DNA of 48,797 nucleotides, taken from contig JAAPAO010000238.1 in NCBI GenBank assembly GCA_013115145.1, positions 1 through 48,797 on the forward strand, given 5' to 3'. The notes under the pieces are model-generated. The model was not told the origin of the DNA and did no database searches. It saw only the letters and a list, made by a program, of their open reading frames with translations. Shown here one piece after another: positions 26,479 through 38,665 of the stretch (positions within the stretch are counted from its first letter, which is position 1; every line of letters starts with the position of its first letter). The position numbers and the translations under genes are program-made. This DNA is from Perkinsus chesapeaki ATCC PRA-425. Taxonomy: Eukaryota > Protista > Perkinsozoa.

Positions 26479-28536
26479 ATGGTTTACGGTAAAGTATTTG
26501 GTCTGGATGGTGGTAAATACACATATAGAGGTTATATGGTATTATTAACATCAACTATGATAGCATGGAGTCTCCTGCTTAATATTATAACATATGCTTT
26601 TGTCTATTTCATTAATAGACGATATGTAGAATCACCAATAAATAAAGTTAATAAACCACATTGGAGTTGGTCGATATTAGTTGTTCTAACAAACGCTTGG
26701 CTTTGTGTATTCTTATTGATATTTTATGTACTTTTCGGTGCATTTATGTTTGGTGACTGGCACGCATGGATCTACTATGTAGCTTTACCTGCATTGTACC
26801 TAGTATACCTTATTGTTATAATATTATTACGCAATAAATCTCGTTCTTGTTGTCCATGGAGTTTGGGTACTCTAGGGTATCTATTAGCAATACAATGCTG
26901 GTTTATTATACAAATACCATCTATGTGGAGTTATACTTATCTCGTATGGTTAGTTGGTATAGCAGCGTCGATACCATTAATTCTTAAAGTAACACATACA
27001 TTACATCAAATACGACCTATACGATTATGGTTGAAGAACTGGAAGTTTTATGCCATTCAAACACTCGTTCTTGGCTTTGGTATATTTCTCACGTATCTAT
27101 CAGCTGGTTCATGTGTTGCAGTATACAATCCAATAGCTCCTGGATGGTGGATACCATTAGAAGGCACTTTGTTTTGGTCATCGAGGCTATTAAGATCGTT
27201 CGGTCCTCGTCCTTGCCCTCATGGTCAACGATCACCCTGTCATGTTTATTTAACACCTGCTAAGAATATGAGTAATAGTATGTTTGTCAACGTTCACACC
27301 TCAATTGCTATCAGTTCGCTTGATATCGAATATATTTCTCACAAAGGGGAAGAGAGTGTGAGTGGTTCAATAAGTGCTGATCAGTTCGAAGTACCTCATC
27401 TAGATGAACATGATCAACGTAACGTATATTCAGCTTATCTATCAGATTTAATACCAGATGCTATAGTTACCTTTACCATAAGAAGCAATGATAATAAACT
27501 ATCAGACACTGAATATACGTTTAGAACAGCTCCTATCAATGGGGAAGTAAAGTTCCTTGTTGGTGGTGACGCGGGAACATCTAAAGTTGTTGAAGAAATA
27601 AACTCATTGATAGGTGAACAATCACCATTATTTGCTATTAATGGTGGTGATGTTGCATACGATAATGGTATGTTTACATGTGCTTGTACTTGGGATCAGT
27701 ATCTTTGGGAATGGTCTAAAGTAACAACTCCAGATGGTCATATGATACCTTTAATATTCGCTATTGGTAATCATGATATTGGAGCTAATGATGATAATGA
27801 TGGTGCTATTGAAATGTTTATGGATCCAAAACAATGTGATAACAGTAAACGTGAGAATTCAAGACCGTTATATATTGCATATTTCCCGTTTGAGGAAGTG
27901 GGTGGCAGCGCCCCTGATATATGTGACAGGAAAGTTAATCATGTTCATACTGCTGGAACTGGTGTTACTATCTGGTCGTTGGATTCAATGTATGCTGGTG
28001 GCCCTATGGATGCTGTGCAGTTTGTTGACAGTATGATGCCTAATATGAGCGGTCAAATTAACCATTTTGCTGCTTATCATGTTCCAATGTATTCCAATTC
28101 TAAGGTTGAAAAAAATGAGAATAATCCAATGCGTAGAGTATGGCCATCTTTAATATTAGATAAATATTCATTTAAAGTTGGTTTCGAACATCATGCACAT
28201 ACATTTAAGCGTACTAAACCAATGACAAATAATAGTGTTGCTGATAAAGGTGTTGTATACATTGGTGATGGTAAATGGGGAACTACAGGTTCCCAATTAC
28301 CGAGTAATGATAGTATTATTAAAGGTGAACCCTTCGTAAAATCTGGTACTGACCATCATGTTTGGTATGTTACAGCAAATAGTGATGGAAGAGTTGGTCT
28401 TGAGGCCATCAATAACTATGGTATCACGATTGATAAAGTTGATAATTACGCTACTGGTTATTGGCAACTTCCATCTCAATATTATGCTAATCTAACAGTT
28501 CTATACCCTTTACCAAATCTGTTAAACGATTATTAG
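26479..28536 (+). CDS. Calcineurin-like metallophosphoesterase (purple acid phosphatase-like) with about 6 N-terminal TM helices, intronless
   Basis: 685-aa ORF with motifs GGDAG, GGDVAYDNG, AIGNHD, AYHVPMY and FEHHAHTFKRT, a beta-rich FN3-like segment before them and a hydrophobic N-terminal 210 aa. Confidence 0.9.
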   Translation: MVYGKVFGLDGGKYTYRGYMVLLTSTMIAWSLLLNIITYAFVYFINRRYVESPINKVNKPHWSWSILVVLTNAWLCVFLLIFYVLFGAFMFGDWHAWIYYVALPALYLVYLIVIILLRNKSRSCCPWSLGTLGYLLAIQCWFIIQIPSMWSYTYLVWLVGIAASIPLILKVTHTLHQIRPIRLWLKNWKFYAIQTLVLGFGIFLTYLSAGSCVAVYNPIAPGWWIPLEGTLFWSSRLLRSFGPRPCPHGQRSPCHVYLTPAKNMSNSMFVNVHTSIAISSLDIEYISHKGEESVSGSISADQFEVPHLDEHDQRNVYSAYLSDLIPDAIVTFTIRSNDNKLSDTEYTFRTAPINGEVKFLVGGDAGTSKVVEEINSLIGEQSPLFAINGGDVAYDNGMFTCACTWDQYLWEWSKVTTPDGHMIPLIFAIGNHDIGANDDNDGAIEMFMDPKQCDNSKRENSRPLYIAYFPFEEVGGSAPDICDRKVNHVHTAGTGVTIWSLDSMYAGGPMDAVQFVDSMMPNMSGQINHFAAYHVPMYSNSKVEKNENNPMRRVWPSLILDKYSFKVGFEHHAHTFKRTKPMTNNSVADKGVVYIGDGKWGTTGSQLPSNDSIIKGEPFVKSGTDHHVWYVTANSDGRVGLEAINNYGITIDKVDNYATGYWQLPSQYYANLTVLYPLPNLLNDY

Positions 28537-28607
28537 CTTTTGATAAACAACATCGTGTTGCGCAACAAGTTAAAAATGAAACAATAGTAAAGGAACAGGT
28601 AAGTGAT

Positions 28608-30462
28608 TCAGTGAAAGTTTGGTATTTCATATAGATGAGTTCGCAATCGCCAACTTGATATTAATTCATGTATTCTATCGCTTATTCCACCACTATTGAA
28701 TATCTTCATTAAATTCTGTTGCCATTTTTCAGCATTTGGATCGGTAGGATCAACTTTAGGATACCATGAAGGATGTTTACTGACAAACGACGACAGCATT
28801 AATAAACACAATGTAGACAAGTCACACTTACGCTCTAATACGATTAACTGTATCAAATATCTCCTTGTTGCGGAGCTCTGGCTTCACATTATCATTGTTA
28901 TCGATTTCTCCATCAGCCATGAGCTTCTGTAAGACTTCTTTAGTGAAATGTTGACAGCATCGATCGATTGTCATACCACCATCAATCATAACACCATTAT
29001 CTATCTTTCTAATAGAATTCCATATATCAGACAATCTAATACCATCACCTTTAGCTCGATAAACAGTCCCAAACTCATTAAATCTTTCCCAGAATGCACG
29101 ATACCGAAACCAAACTCCACCATCAGCTGTTTTATCCAACAATAAGTGGCTACCAATACCAGGACATCCTCGACCACATGCACCTCGATACTTCATATTA
29201 GTGTAATCAGTTTCAAATGCAATTACAGTATGGCGAGCCCTCAAGAACCATCCTATCATACCTAACTTTGCTGATCTTGATATCTCACGGACAGAGTGAA
29301 CCACAGGCCAGAAGAATCCTGGGTTTTCTTTGCAAATTTGATGGAGTGTTGGTAAAGGTCCCGGCAAATAATGTTGACAATACACTGGAACACACTTAAG
29401 AGTTGTTCTATTTCCTTCATTTGGTTTAGTATCTTCTTGCGCTGCTGCTGCATATAACTGTAATGGTTTGGAAATAGGTTCATTGGTATAAAGCTTCCCT
29501 TGATGTAAAAACACTTCATGTTTTCCATTATATAACGGCCAAGATAACTTAATTTCAACAACCATAGGATCATCATCATTGGATTTTAAAGGGTATCGTA
29601 CAAGCGATCGAATGCTCTCGACTTTATCAGGATCATCAAAATCATCACCGGTAAGGCCATTCCACATACCTCTGGGATCTGCAACTTTTACTGCAAGTTT
29701 AGGACGGCCAACACACCCTATTGTGCTTGTAGATTCACTATCGTTACCGCCATTATACAATACTTTAACAGAATCATCTAGTTGCTCTGATTCAGCTTCA
29801 CCAAGGTGAGGTAAGTGACGAATCTCCTCCATTACGCCTGTGGTACATCGATCTAATGCTTCATCGGTAACAGAATACACTTGTTCTTGTTGTTGATTGT
29901 CAACTTTAATACAGAGATGTCTTTTAAGTGTTAATGGTGATGGTAGAGGATCAATCAATAATGAAGCCATAACAATATACAAAACTATAGATTCTATAGT
30001 ATAGAATAGTTAATTTCATGGATGGCTAATAACAATACTCTATTCAATCCATCGATCAGACAAGTAATGAGCTCGACTAAAAAGGATTCGGAATGCATGA
30101 ATATGATGCTCGCAGGAGCCGGTACTCGCTCAACATACGGTAATAATACTGTGCTTAATGATAACAGTGTGTTAAATAACATATCAGGACATATCGATCG
30201 TACTTCTGACCACATCAATACAACACCTCTACCGTGTGGCTGCCAAGATGATCGTTATAATCATTATGTGCTTCAAAATATTAATAAATGGCACATGAGC
30301 CATCATGCACAATGTTATTGAAGCTGACTATTATATTATTCAATATAGAGGTTTCATGCTGGGCAAGTAACATGCCAGTCACACTACAGGCACTACCTCC
30401 CTAGCAAACCTCTCATTCTTATTGACCACGTATCTGGCCAAGGTTGCTACACTTTGCAACAT
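28608..30462 (-). CDS. Hypothetical protein with a possible permuted papain-like (PPPDE/LRAT-type) C-terminal domain
   Basis: A 384-codon central exon, a last exon joined by a GTAAGT...CAG intron (RIRA|KHPSWYPK...NFH*), and 5' exons from ATG 30462 that are less certain. Confidence 0.6.
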
Positions 30463-30647
30463 TGGTCTTATAATGGTCGTTGTTAGTTAAATTGGTATAT
30501 AAAATGTATTGATACACATATTGCTCAAATTGCAGATAATTAGCAGATTGAATCACTCAATAGGCGTTGTGCAACAATTGCACGCATGCGTTTGTCCCCA
30601 TCAACTGTAACACAATATATGAATGAATGATACGTCTTGGTAAGTCA

Positions 30648-32439
30648 TCACCCTCCCATCTGTTCATCCTCATCAGCTCCTGCTGGATCGACTGGTTGAC
30701 CAAATTCTAAAATACAAATTTGTCAACGCCAAGAATTGAACCAGGGACCTTCAGGTTACCCCCGAAGTTACAATCATAAAATACTATCGAGAAGACGGCA
30801 TCAGTTTACGAAAAGTTGTTTATACCGAATTATACATAAAATGACCATCTTTAATAGAGGCCGATATGATATCCGTCAGTTATTATCAATAATTAACTAT
30901 CCTGTCGTCGTAGTAAAACGTCGACGTTATGACCTTAATGACCTTACCTTGTTCCCATTTTCCAAGATCCTCGTAAAGCCTAATCCACTTCTCCTTGAAA
31001 ACCTTTATTGCTGCCATAACGATATCTTCTGGTGGTCTTGCACCAGTAGACTCAACAGTGAAATGTACCTATATTTATAATGCGGATACTTCTTATAGAA
31101 CACCCTCCTTACAACATCAGTTCGTTGTTTAACAGTAATCATGCCTCTTGCTTTAAAGTCGAAGTTGGCTTTAGTAACACACTCATCACAGAAACTAAGA
31201 ATACATCAATACTAAGGATGACATAATAATGAAGAATGAGCTCTCCTAGTAGTAGAATATGGCCCTATCGGAAGTATCTTACTCGCATAAGTCTTTCCTA
31301 ACAACCTGTATACGGTCAGCAGCATCTAAATCTAAAACCTTCTTAGGACATGATCTCACTATAGCCTTCCTTTGTGGTACAGATAATTGTTCATATTCAA
31401 TACCACGATCGATAGTTATAACAGGTTCATACTAAAAATAATAATGATATTACAATATTATATATTACTCTAATTGCAACTGTTCCAGTTGGATTCCATT
31501 TAGCATGCATTTTACCAACACCTTTACGTGCTTCCATATGCATAGTTAATTGTTGATTCCTTCTTAACTTTGCAATAACAATACCATTACGTCTCTAATA
31601 ATACAACGTATTAATATACATATAATAATAATACTAATATATACATTATCATCCTCTGTCTTGGTCCTATCCCACAATGGTACGGGTAAAGGCCTTCTAG
31701 ATTCTGGTATAGATGTACCTATTTATTATCACTCACCAACTGCTGCTGTCTACTTATACCACCTTGATCAACTGGTTGTATATCTAAATGGGTAACATCT
31801 GTTACACCATGTTCCTCAGCAATAACATCCAAAGTATACCTATTATTATTAGTATACTAATATTATTACTACTAGTTATTACTTAACAGTACAATTAGGA
31901 CATGATGAATAACATTGACAATCTTTAGGATCACTATAACTATCAACTTCTTTAGAGTTTATTGGTAATAATCCAAGTCTATGTGCAATAAACTAACAAC
32001 AACAATAACAATGATATAAGGTTATTACAATTATTACCTCATCAAATAATGGACTACTATTCTCCTCGATAGTTACTGTATCTATTGCTAATGTTGGTAC
32101 TTCAGCAATCATTATCCGTCTTAATGCATTAGCTATTGCTTGATTAGCATTAAACATAGTAAATTTAATAACCTCTGGTGTAAGGAGGGTTACCTAATTG
32201 AACCATAATTAAAGTATAAACAAGTGTTGTGGGATGTCCAAAAAGCAATTCTTGTGACTTTCGAAGAGCTTACTATTACGCATAAGTTGTATATCCCCAA
32301 TAGAGTTAAATGATAGTAAGTTTAATATGAACTTTATATCTGCCCTATCTTTCTATAATATCCCAACTTATACTACCTCGATAACAGGCATAGGTGTTGG
32401 ATTCTTCTTTAGTGCTGCTGCTGATGATGATGATGCCAT
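30648..32439 (-). CDS. RPB3: RNA polymerase II subunit RPB3 (POLR2C)
   Basis: [27 protein letters not shown], Zn site [20 protein letters not shown]...[15 protein letters not shown] and [15 protein letters not shown]. Confidence 0.92.
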
Positions 32440-32760
32440 ACTTACAACAACAACACTAATAACAACAAAAGTAACCTATATTATACTATAACACAATAAT
32501 ATAACATTATTATTGTTTATTATTATTAAGTATGTCATTAACATGTTGATGTTGTATATTCAATGCTTTAAGCCATGGTGAACCCTCTATATGCCTATAT
32601 GGTGGTAATGACTCTAGGGTATTTGGTGATGATGATAATGATAATGACGATGAACATAAATTACCCTAATAAAAATAATATTATTAATATAACTTTATCT
32701 AATACAGTTATATTCCTATATATGCTATACACCATCATTTACCATATATGATACTACTAG

Positions 32761-34698
32761 CTAATACTTTCCTAGTTGCTGCAGCACTATTGCTTTATAC
32801 AGTGATACTTCCATTTTACCCACCACGGGTAGGTATATGATTAATAACACATTCCAATACTGCATCCCCCATCTGTCCCCCCACACTACTTCTTTTAATG
32901 CCTTCTCCCTAATACTGGTATCCTGTCGTATGTCATGTAATGTATCAACTAACTTGGCATATTTATCACATTTATCTTCATTAACAATATTTACTTTACC
33001 ACCGAGTATAACCGACCAAAACATCAACTTAGCATTATACTCTTCAAAATACTATGATAAAAACTTAAGTTCCTTACGAGATAATTGGTATGAGCTGCTG
33101 CTGCTTTACCTGGGTGTGCCCTCCAATGATATCCATTGTCATAAGTTTCTTCTGTTTTTTCATAATAGCTAATGAATCACTCTCCTTGCCACCTTCATTC
33201 CTTAATTCAATTATTTTTAAATTCTTCAATCGTATAGCTACTAGTCCGATATCTCGTGGTGCCGTAAATGTACGTTCATCTCTGAAAAGATACCTTGCCT
33301 ACTGTATAGCAGCAATATTATTACCTTGCTAATAAACAAAGTGCTAATTTGTTAAGGTCCTTACAATCTTTAGGTAATTTAAGCTCAAAGGTATTCATCC
33401 ATTTACATTGTCTATCTACTTCACTTTTACATCTTGCTAATGCTGCACCAGATTCAATTGCTTTATTCGCCTGTGAAATACACCAATACATTGCCGGACT
33501 AGCGACTAACATATTTGTTACGTAAAGACTGCTGCTTACTGGGAATTGAACCAGAGTCATGAATAGCATTGGAACGTTGAAACTCGGTATCCATTTGACT
33601 ATCCCACCAATACCCCTTATTACCATATCACATGTAATCCCTCCAGTAGGCGGACATCTCATAACAAATACTTCAATATAAGGATCAACTGGTAATGGTT
33701 GCCAAAATGATGTTATATCAGTTATAGCAGAATGTGTAGGAAAGCCAACACCAACAGCTAAATGTACCCATAATATCAAAGGATCACGAGGCTTAATCAC
33801 CTGAATAGTACACTTTAATAGTGGTAATAATGTAATATTATACTAATACCATGGATGCCTCTGGCTCAGGCAATGGTGTATTCATTGCTTTCAATAACTT
33901 ATCAACATTATGGTTACTAGCTGTCCCCCCATTATATGGGTTAACCCAATTGTAACTATAAATATATACAACACACATTCCCTTACCTATTACCTTTTAA
34001 ATAGTGGACTGTTAATTACATTATTATTATCTTCATTATATTCTTCAAGTTCACCCCCAAATAGTCTATTAAATAATGAGTCGGTTGTCCTACTATCCCC
34101 CCCTTCCTTATTCACTACTACTTCTCTAGCCTTTTTAGCAGCCACCTTATACAATTAATACCATATTTTCTGTAAATATTAGTTACATTATAATCGCTAA
34201 TGCCTCGTTCTTTACATGCCCTCTTCCAAGCCTCCTCTGCCTCTGGATCCATTAACTGTATCTACTATCAACCCTTACCTTATACCATATAATAATTACT
34301 ATTACGGTAAGCTTCAAAGGACGCTGTTTCATAGCCTTTACAAATGTATAAGGATCATTAAACAATTTAACATGTACACCATTAACCTTTTTACTAAATA
34401 TATTACAGCATTATATCACATCATCATATTACATGTGTTATCCTATCACCAGCCTGTAACCCTGTATTAGCTGCCCAAGTCCCTCGTGATACAAATCCTA
34501 TCTATGACAACTTATTGAATGATAATAACCGTTGATATTCATTATTCCTACTTCAATTCCTTCTTCTCTTGTTGGTGGTAATGTATTAGGTCTAATACCA
34601 AGTATACTAGGAGCTGTACCACAATCAGCAGTTAAATGTACCACAGTTAATGGAGGATAACAATACGACGACGATGATAATACAGATGTGTTAGACAA
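32761..34698 (-). CDS. Hypothetical multi-exon protein, possibly with a C2-like domain
   Basis: 160-codon exon at 33321-33800 (..DPYIEVFV...VKWIPSF..) plus flanking exon fragments. Full model not resolved. Confidence 0.4.
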
Positions 34699-34870
34699 AT
34701 GTTAAATATATGGATAAATCAACTACCCACCCACACATGAGCTTCACATTCTCATCATCAATTTTTCATCATGCTCAAGATGATGATGACCAAGATGATT
34801 AAGATCGTTACGCGCTCGCCCGGCCAGACATGCGTAATTAGGATCGGACGGTCCGGACCATACGAGTAAA

Positions 34871-35405
34871 ATGAGAATAGTAAATGGCGTTAGTTGTACA
34901 AGTGGAGAAGTAATGCTATCTACTGGGCGGCTACTATTCAATGATGTACTTCTTATGAGTACGTCATCGACTGTGGCAGGATATAAAATAGTAAAGACTA
35001 TTGGATTGGTTAGCGGAAGTAAGAGGGAATACGGTTAAAGTTTAGTAGTAATAATACTAGGTATTATTAGGTACTGTGAGAACACGTGATGCTGTAAAAG
35101 ATATTCGATCGGGTTTACAAAGTTTATTCGGGGGAGAACTTGACCAGTACACCTCGCTGATGCATGAGAGTCGACAAGAGGCTATAGACAGGATGAAAGA
35201 AGTGATTACGGATAGGGTTGATAGTTGTATAAGGTATCTAGCTTTATTATAGGCTACATTGGGAAAAGGGGGCAACGCTATTGTTGGGGTGAGGTTCAAT
35301 TCCTCTAATATAGCAGCTAATGCATGCGAAGTGATGGTTTACGGTACTGCGGTGTCTGTTGAAGAAGAATCGATGACTAAGACAATGAAGAACAGTTCAA
35401 AATGA
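34871..35405 (+). CDS. UPF0145 / YbjQ-family putative heavy-metal-binding protein (3 exons)
   Basis: LMSTSSTVAGYKIVKTIGLVSG|STVRTRDAVKDIRSGLQSLFGGELDQYTSLMHESRQEAIDRMKE|ATLGKGGNAIVGVRFNSS...EVMVYGTAV. Confidence 0.88.
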
Positions 35406-35663
35406 TCATTAGGATCTATTATATGAATGCATAACAGTTTCAGTGCATAATATCAGGTGGTTGTGTGTTAGTTACAGGGTCCACGACAATGCCTCAAACT
35501 CGAAATCGTCTGAATATCAGAAGCAAAATTTTGGTACAAATCCATGCCCCGGACATTAAAAAAAGCTCAGTGGTTCAATAGGAGTTGTTGTTTCAAGTTA
35601 CGTGATCTCGTATACCCCAATTTCGGCCGCGAAAAAGCAGATGAGATGAAGCAGAATAAAGGC

Positions 35664-35735
35664 TGGACGTACCGGGATTTGAACCCGGGGCCTTCTGCAT
35701 GCGAAGCAGACGTGATACCACTACACCATACGCCC
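35664..35735 (-). tRNA. tRNA-Ala(CGC)
   Basis: 72-nt cloverleaf GGGCGTA...TACGTCCA with anticodon arm TCTGC-TTCGCAT-GCAGA, T loop GGTTCAAATC and the G3:U70 alanine identity pair. Confidence 0.97.
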
Positions 35736-35849
35736 TGACAAAAATATAGAGATTAGATTTTACTTGCCGACGGTTCTAACTGGCAAAAGCTTACAACTAG
35801 AGAGGTGAAAAATGTGTTAGACCCGTTCGAAGCGTCTTTCACCCCTCAA

Positions 35850-37903
35850 TCAGATTCAGCCATCCCTTGGCCTATATTGTGGTCTTTTGGAACTCGAGAC
35901 TGATCCAAACACATATGAAACAGACCCTTACACTACTGGGGTGGGAGAAAAGTTCAAATATTCAAATAGATGAACACCATTGAGGTGTATTAAAGGAAAG
36001 ATGTATCGAGTATAAGTCAGTAATCAAGATCACTCATCAGTGCAGCCTAAATCCTGGTACCCTGGTCAAGTAAAGGTCAGAAGATTTGACGCGATTCGAC
36101 GTTAGATGGAGTAGCAAGGTTCATTGGCTCCGCTTCAGCATCGTCATTCGCCTTGCCAACTTCTACTTCATTATCTTGCTGATCCGTGTTTGGTTGTTTG
36201 ATACACTTAAGATAGATAACTTCCAATATAACCGTAGCAGTCGCTATTATGGGGAAAATAAATCCAGCAAAACCTCCTATTAATGCGAGGATCTGAAATA
36301 TGAATCATTCATTAGTAACGAGAGAAGTGTACATCTGTAACAGACAACGCCACGCCCGTGGTGACAACAGTTGCAAACTGAGACGTCGTAAAGTATAGGT
36401 CAGCCGAACCTGTTAGGATAATTGCCGTGTTACATGAGTGTTATTGCTGCATTACCTCCGGTAGAATTTGATACACTACTCCTACCGCTATAAGATACTC
36501 CTTCTAATCGAGGTAGCTATACGAAAATAAATAACTATTGTCAAAAGCACCTTACCTCAGCGACAGTCCCATCACTATCTTTATCTCGCCGTACGGTCAG
36601 GCCAACTGTAACGAACTTAGAGTGACCAAATTGTAACTGCAGCAACAACAAGAATAACAGTTGACAGCAATTAAACTTGTTATATTTGTACTTCAATCCA
36701 TGATATCTCCCCCGATAGCTGACCATCTTTATCCGGTGTTTGCAGGCCAATAAACGCTCTCCCAGGCTAGCAAGTGATTAGCATTGATCCTCATTAAACT
36801 ATATATATATGGTACTTACTTGGGTACCATCAAATGAAGCACTATTAATCCAGTTAATCCTTATAAATGCACCTATCATGGCACTATGTCACTATTTTAA
36901 AATGAATTATAACTACTCACCATTTGGACTGATAGGAGAGTTTATTGTTGGACAAACCTTTAATGTTTTATTAATAGGATTAACCCATTTGATTGATGGT
37001 GGACTCACTGATGCACAGTTAGGGAATCTGATATCATTATTGAGAGTAGGTTGTGCTGTGAAGTCTTAACGTCTACTTATCAATATCATAATTCCAATAA
37101 AATTGCCAAGGTCCAACACAACCATCCACTTCATCACATTTTGCATATATAAATACATCCATAGGTCTAAAATGTGTTATATCCTCTAGTGTAACCTCTT
37201 CTTGAGGAACCTAATGACATAGTAATAGTTAAAGATAACTAAATGTTGATTTTTATTATAGTACTACTTGTTGTGCAAATCGTATAAATGTAATAGTAGT
37301 ATATATAATCATAGCAGCTATGAATACTATTAATGCTATTATATGTACACTAGGACACTTCACATCTTCTTGTACTGCGGCTTTAAATGGTGATAAAGTG
37401 TTAACATGTTCTTTAATAGGAGGTGCCATGAACAATAAACTTTAGATATTATTATTATGATCAAATAAATAGTAATCACAACACCATATACATACCAAGG
37501 TATATTTGAAGCACCACCACCATCACGCTAGTATTGTGATCTACTTATACAAGTATTATGTAACCGAATACTTTAAACACTATAAAGGAATTCATTATTG
37601 GGGCAGCAGCACATTGTTTAGGATGGTCTGTTATGTTGTTAATTTATGATATCATCTATAACATCTAAAACATCATACATATTTGAAACCATCATATTAG
37701 CTATTTATCCTATTGATGGTTAATAAGGCTACTTTATTATTATTGGAGAGTACATTCCCCTGTAGTATCATCATCATTACAGCAGATCTATAGTACAGCA
37801 GTAGTAGTGATTAAGTTGTATATCGATATAATTAAAGTATGCGAGGCGGTTAATGATGATGATAGTGATGCTCAAAACTTGTGTAGACTAGTACGATGAT
37901 CAT
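35850..37903 (-). CDS. Hypothetical multi-exon membrane protein (Cys-containing middle region, C-terminal TM helix); ends uncertain
   Basis: Joined exons ...GTVAE|LPRLEGVSYSG...STG|GSADLYF...SVTD|ILALIGGFAGFIFPIIATATV. There is an apparent 1-nt frameshift just after the TM segment. Confidence 0.35.
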
Positions 37904-38137
37904 GAGCAGCAGTAGTAGTAGTGGTGGTAGACTACCACTGGTAGTAGTTTATGCGGTTAAGGGGTTAGTAGTAGTAGTAGTTACTGCGAAGATGAGTTAT
38001 ATAATAAAATGATACCTATGACTATGATAATGATGATCAACTACACCGTCATAATATAACGGTAGAGATATTGACAATATTTCTACTAATGAAGAAGCAA
38101 AACTTAAAATCATTCAAAAAGTATCCAACATCACAAT

Positions 38138-38524
38138 TCATAATGACACAACACTTTTCTTTATCGTATCATCACCATCACCACTGAAACCATCAGCACT
38201 AGCAGCATGATGATGATGAGGAGTAGTAGTATTAGGAGTATTAGTTTCATCAGTTTCATGAGTTATGCCCCATGATTTATATATAGAAATCCTTATAGGA
38301 GGATCATCTTTATAATACTTCATCTCAATAACATCTCTATCAAACTTAACGAATAGGTTTACTGATGACGATGATGTTGATGTTGTTGATGCTGTTGATG
38401 CTGTTGATGCCCGTCTTATTTGCTTATCGATGCTGCGTACGGTGTTAGGTGATAATGGTGGGTTAGTAGTTGGTGGTGGTGTTGTCCTTTCATCAACTTT
38501 GAAGTAATAATCGTCATAATTCAT
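38138..38524 (-). CDS. Hypothetical low-complexity ORF (128 aa)
   Basis: ATG-started ORF rich in Thr/Ser/Pro. It may be part of a neighbouring gene. Confidence 0.35.
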   Translation of the reverse strand: MNYDDYYFKVDERTTPPPTTNPPLSPNTVRSIDKQIRRASTASTASTTSTSSSSVNLFVKFDRDVIEMKYYKDDPPIRISIYKSWGITHETDETNTPNTTTPHHHHAASADGFSGDGDDTIKKSVVSL

Positions 38525-38665
38525 AATCCCAATATATGAAGGACGAGAGGGATAACAACAATGAATAACAAAAACGAGAAATGTGAATTTAAACGAATAC
38601 TGCCAACAACAACATCACAATAATAACTATGTACGAAAGTTGATGAATATAATTTAATTATAATA

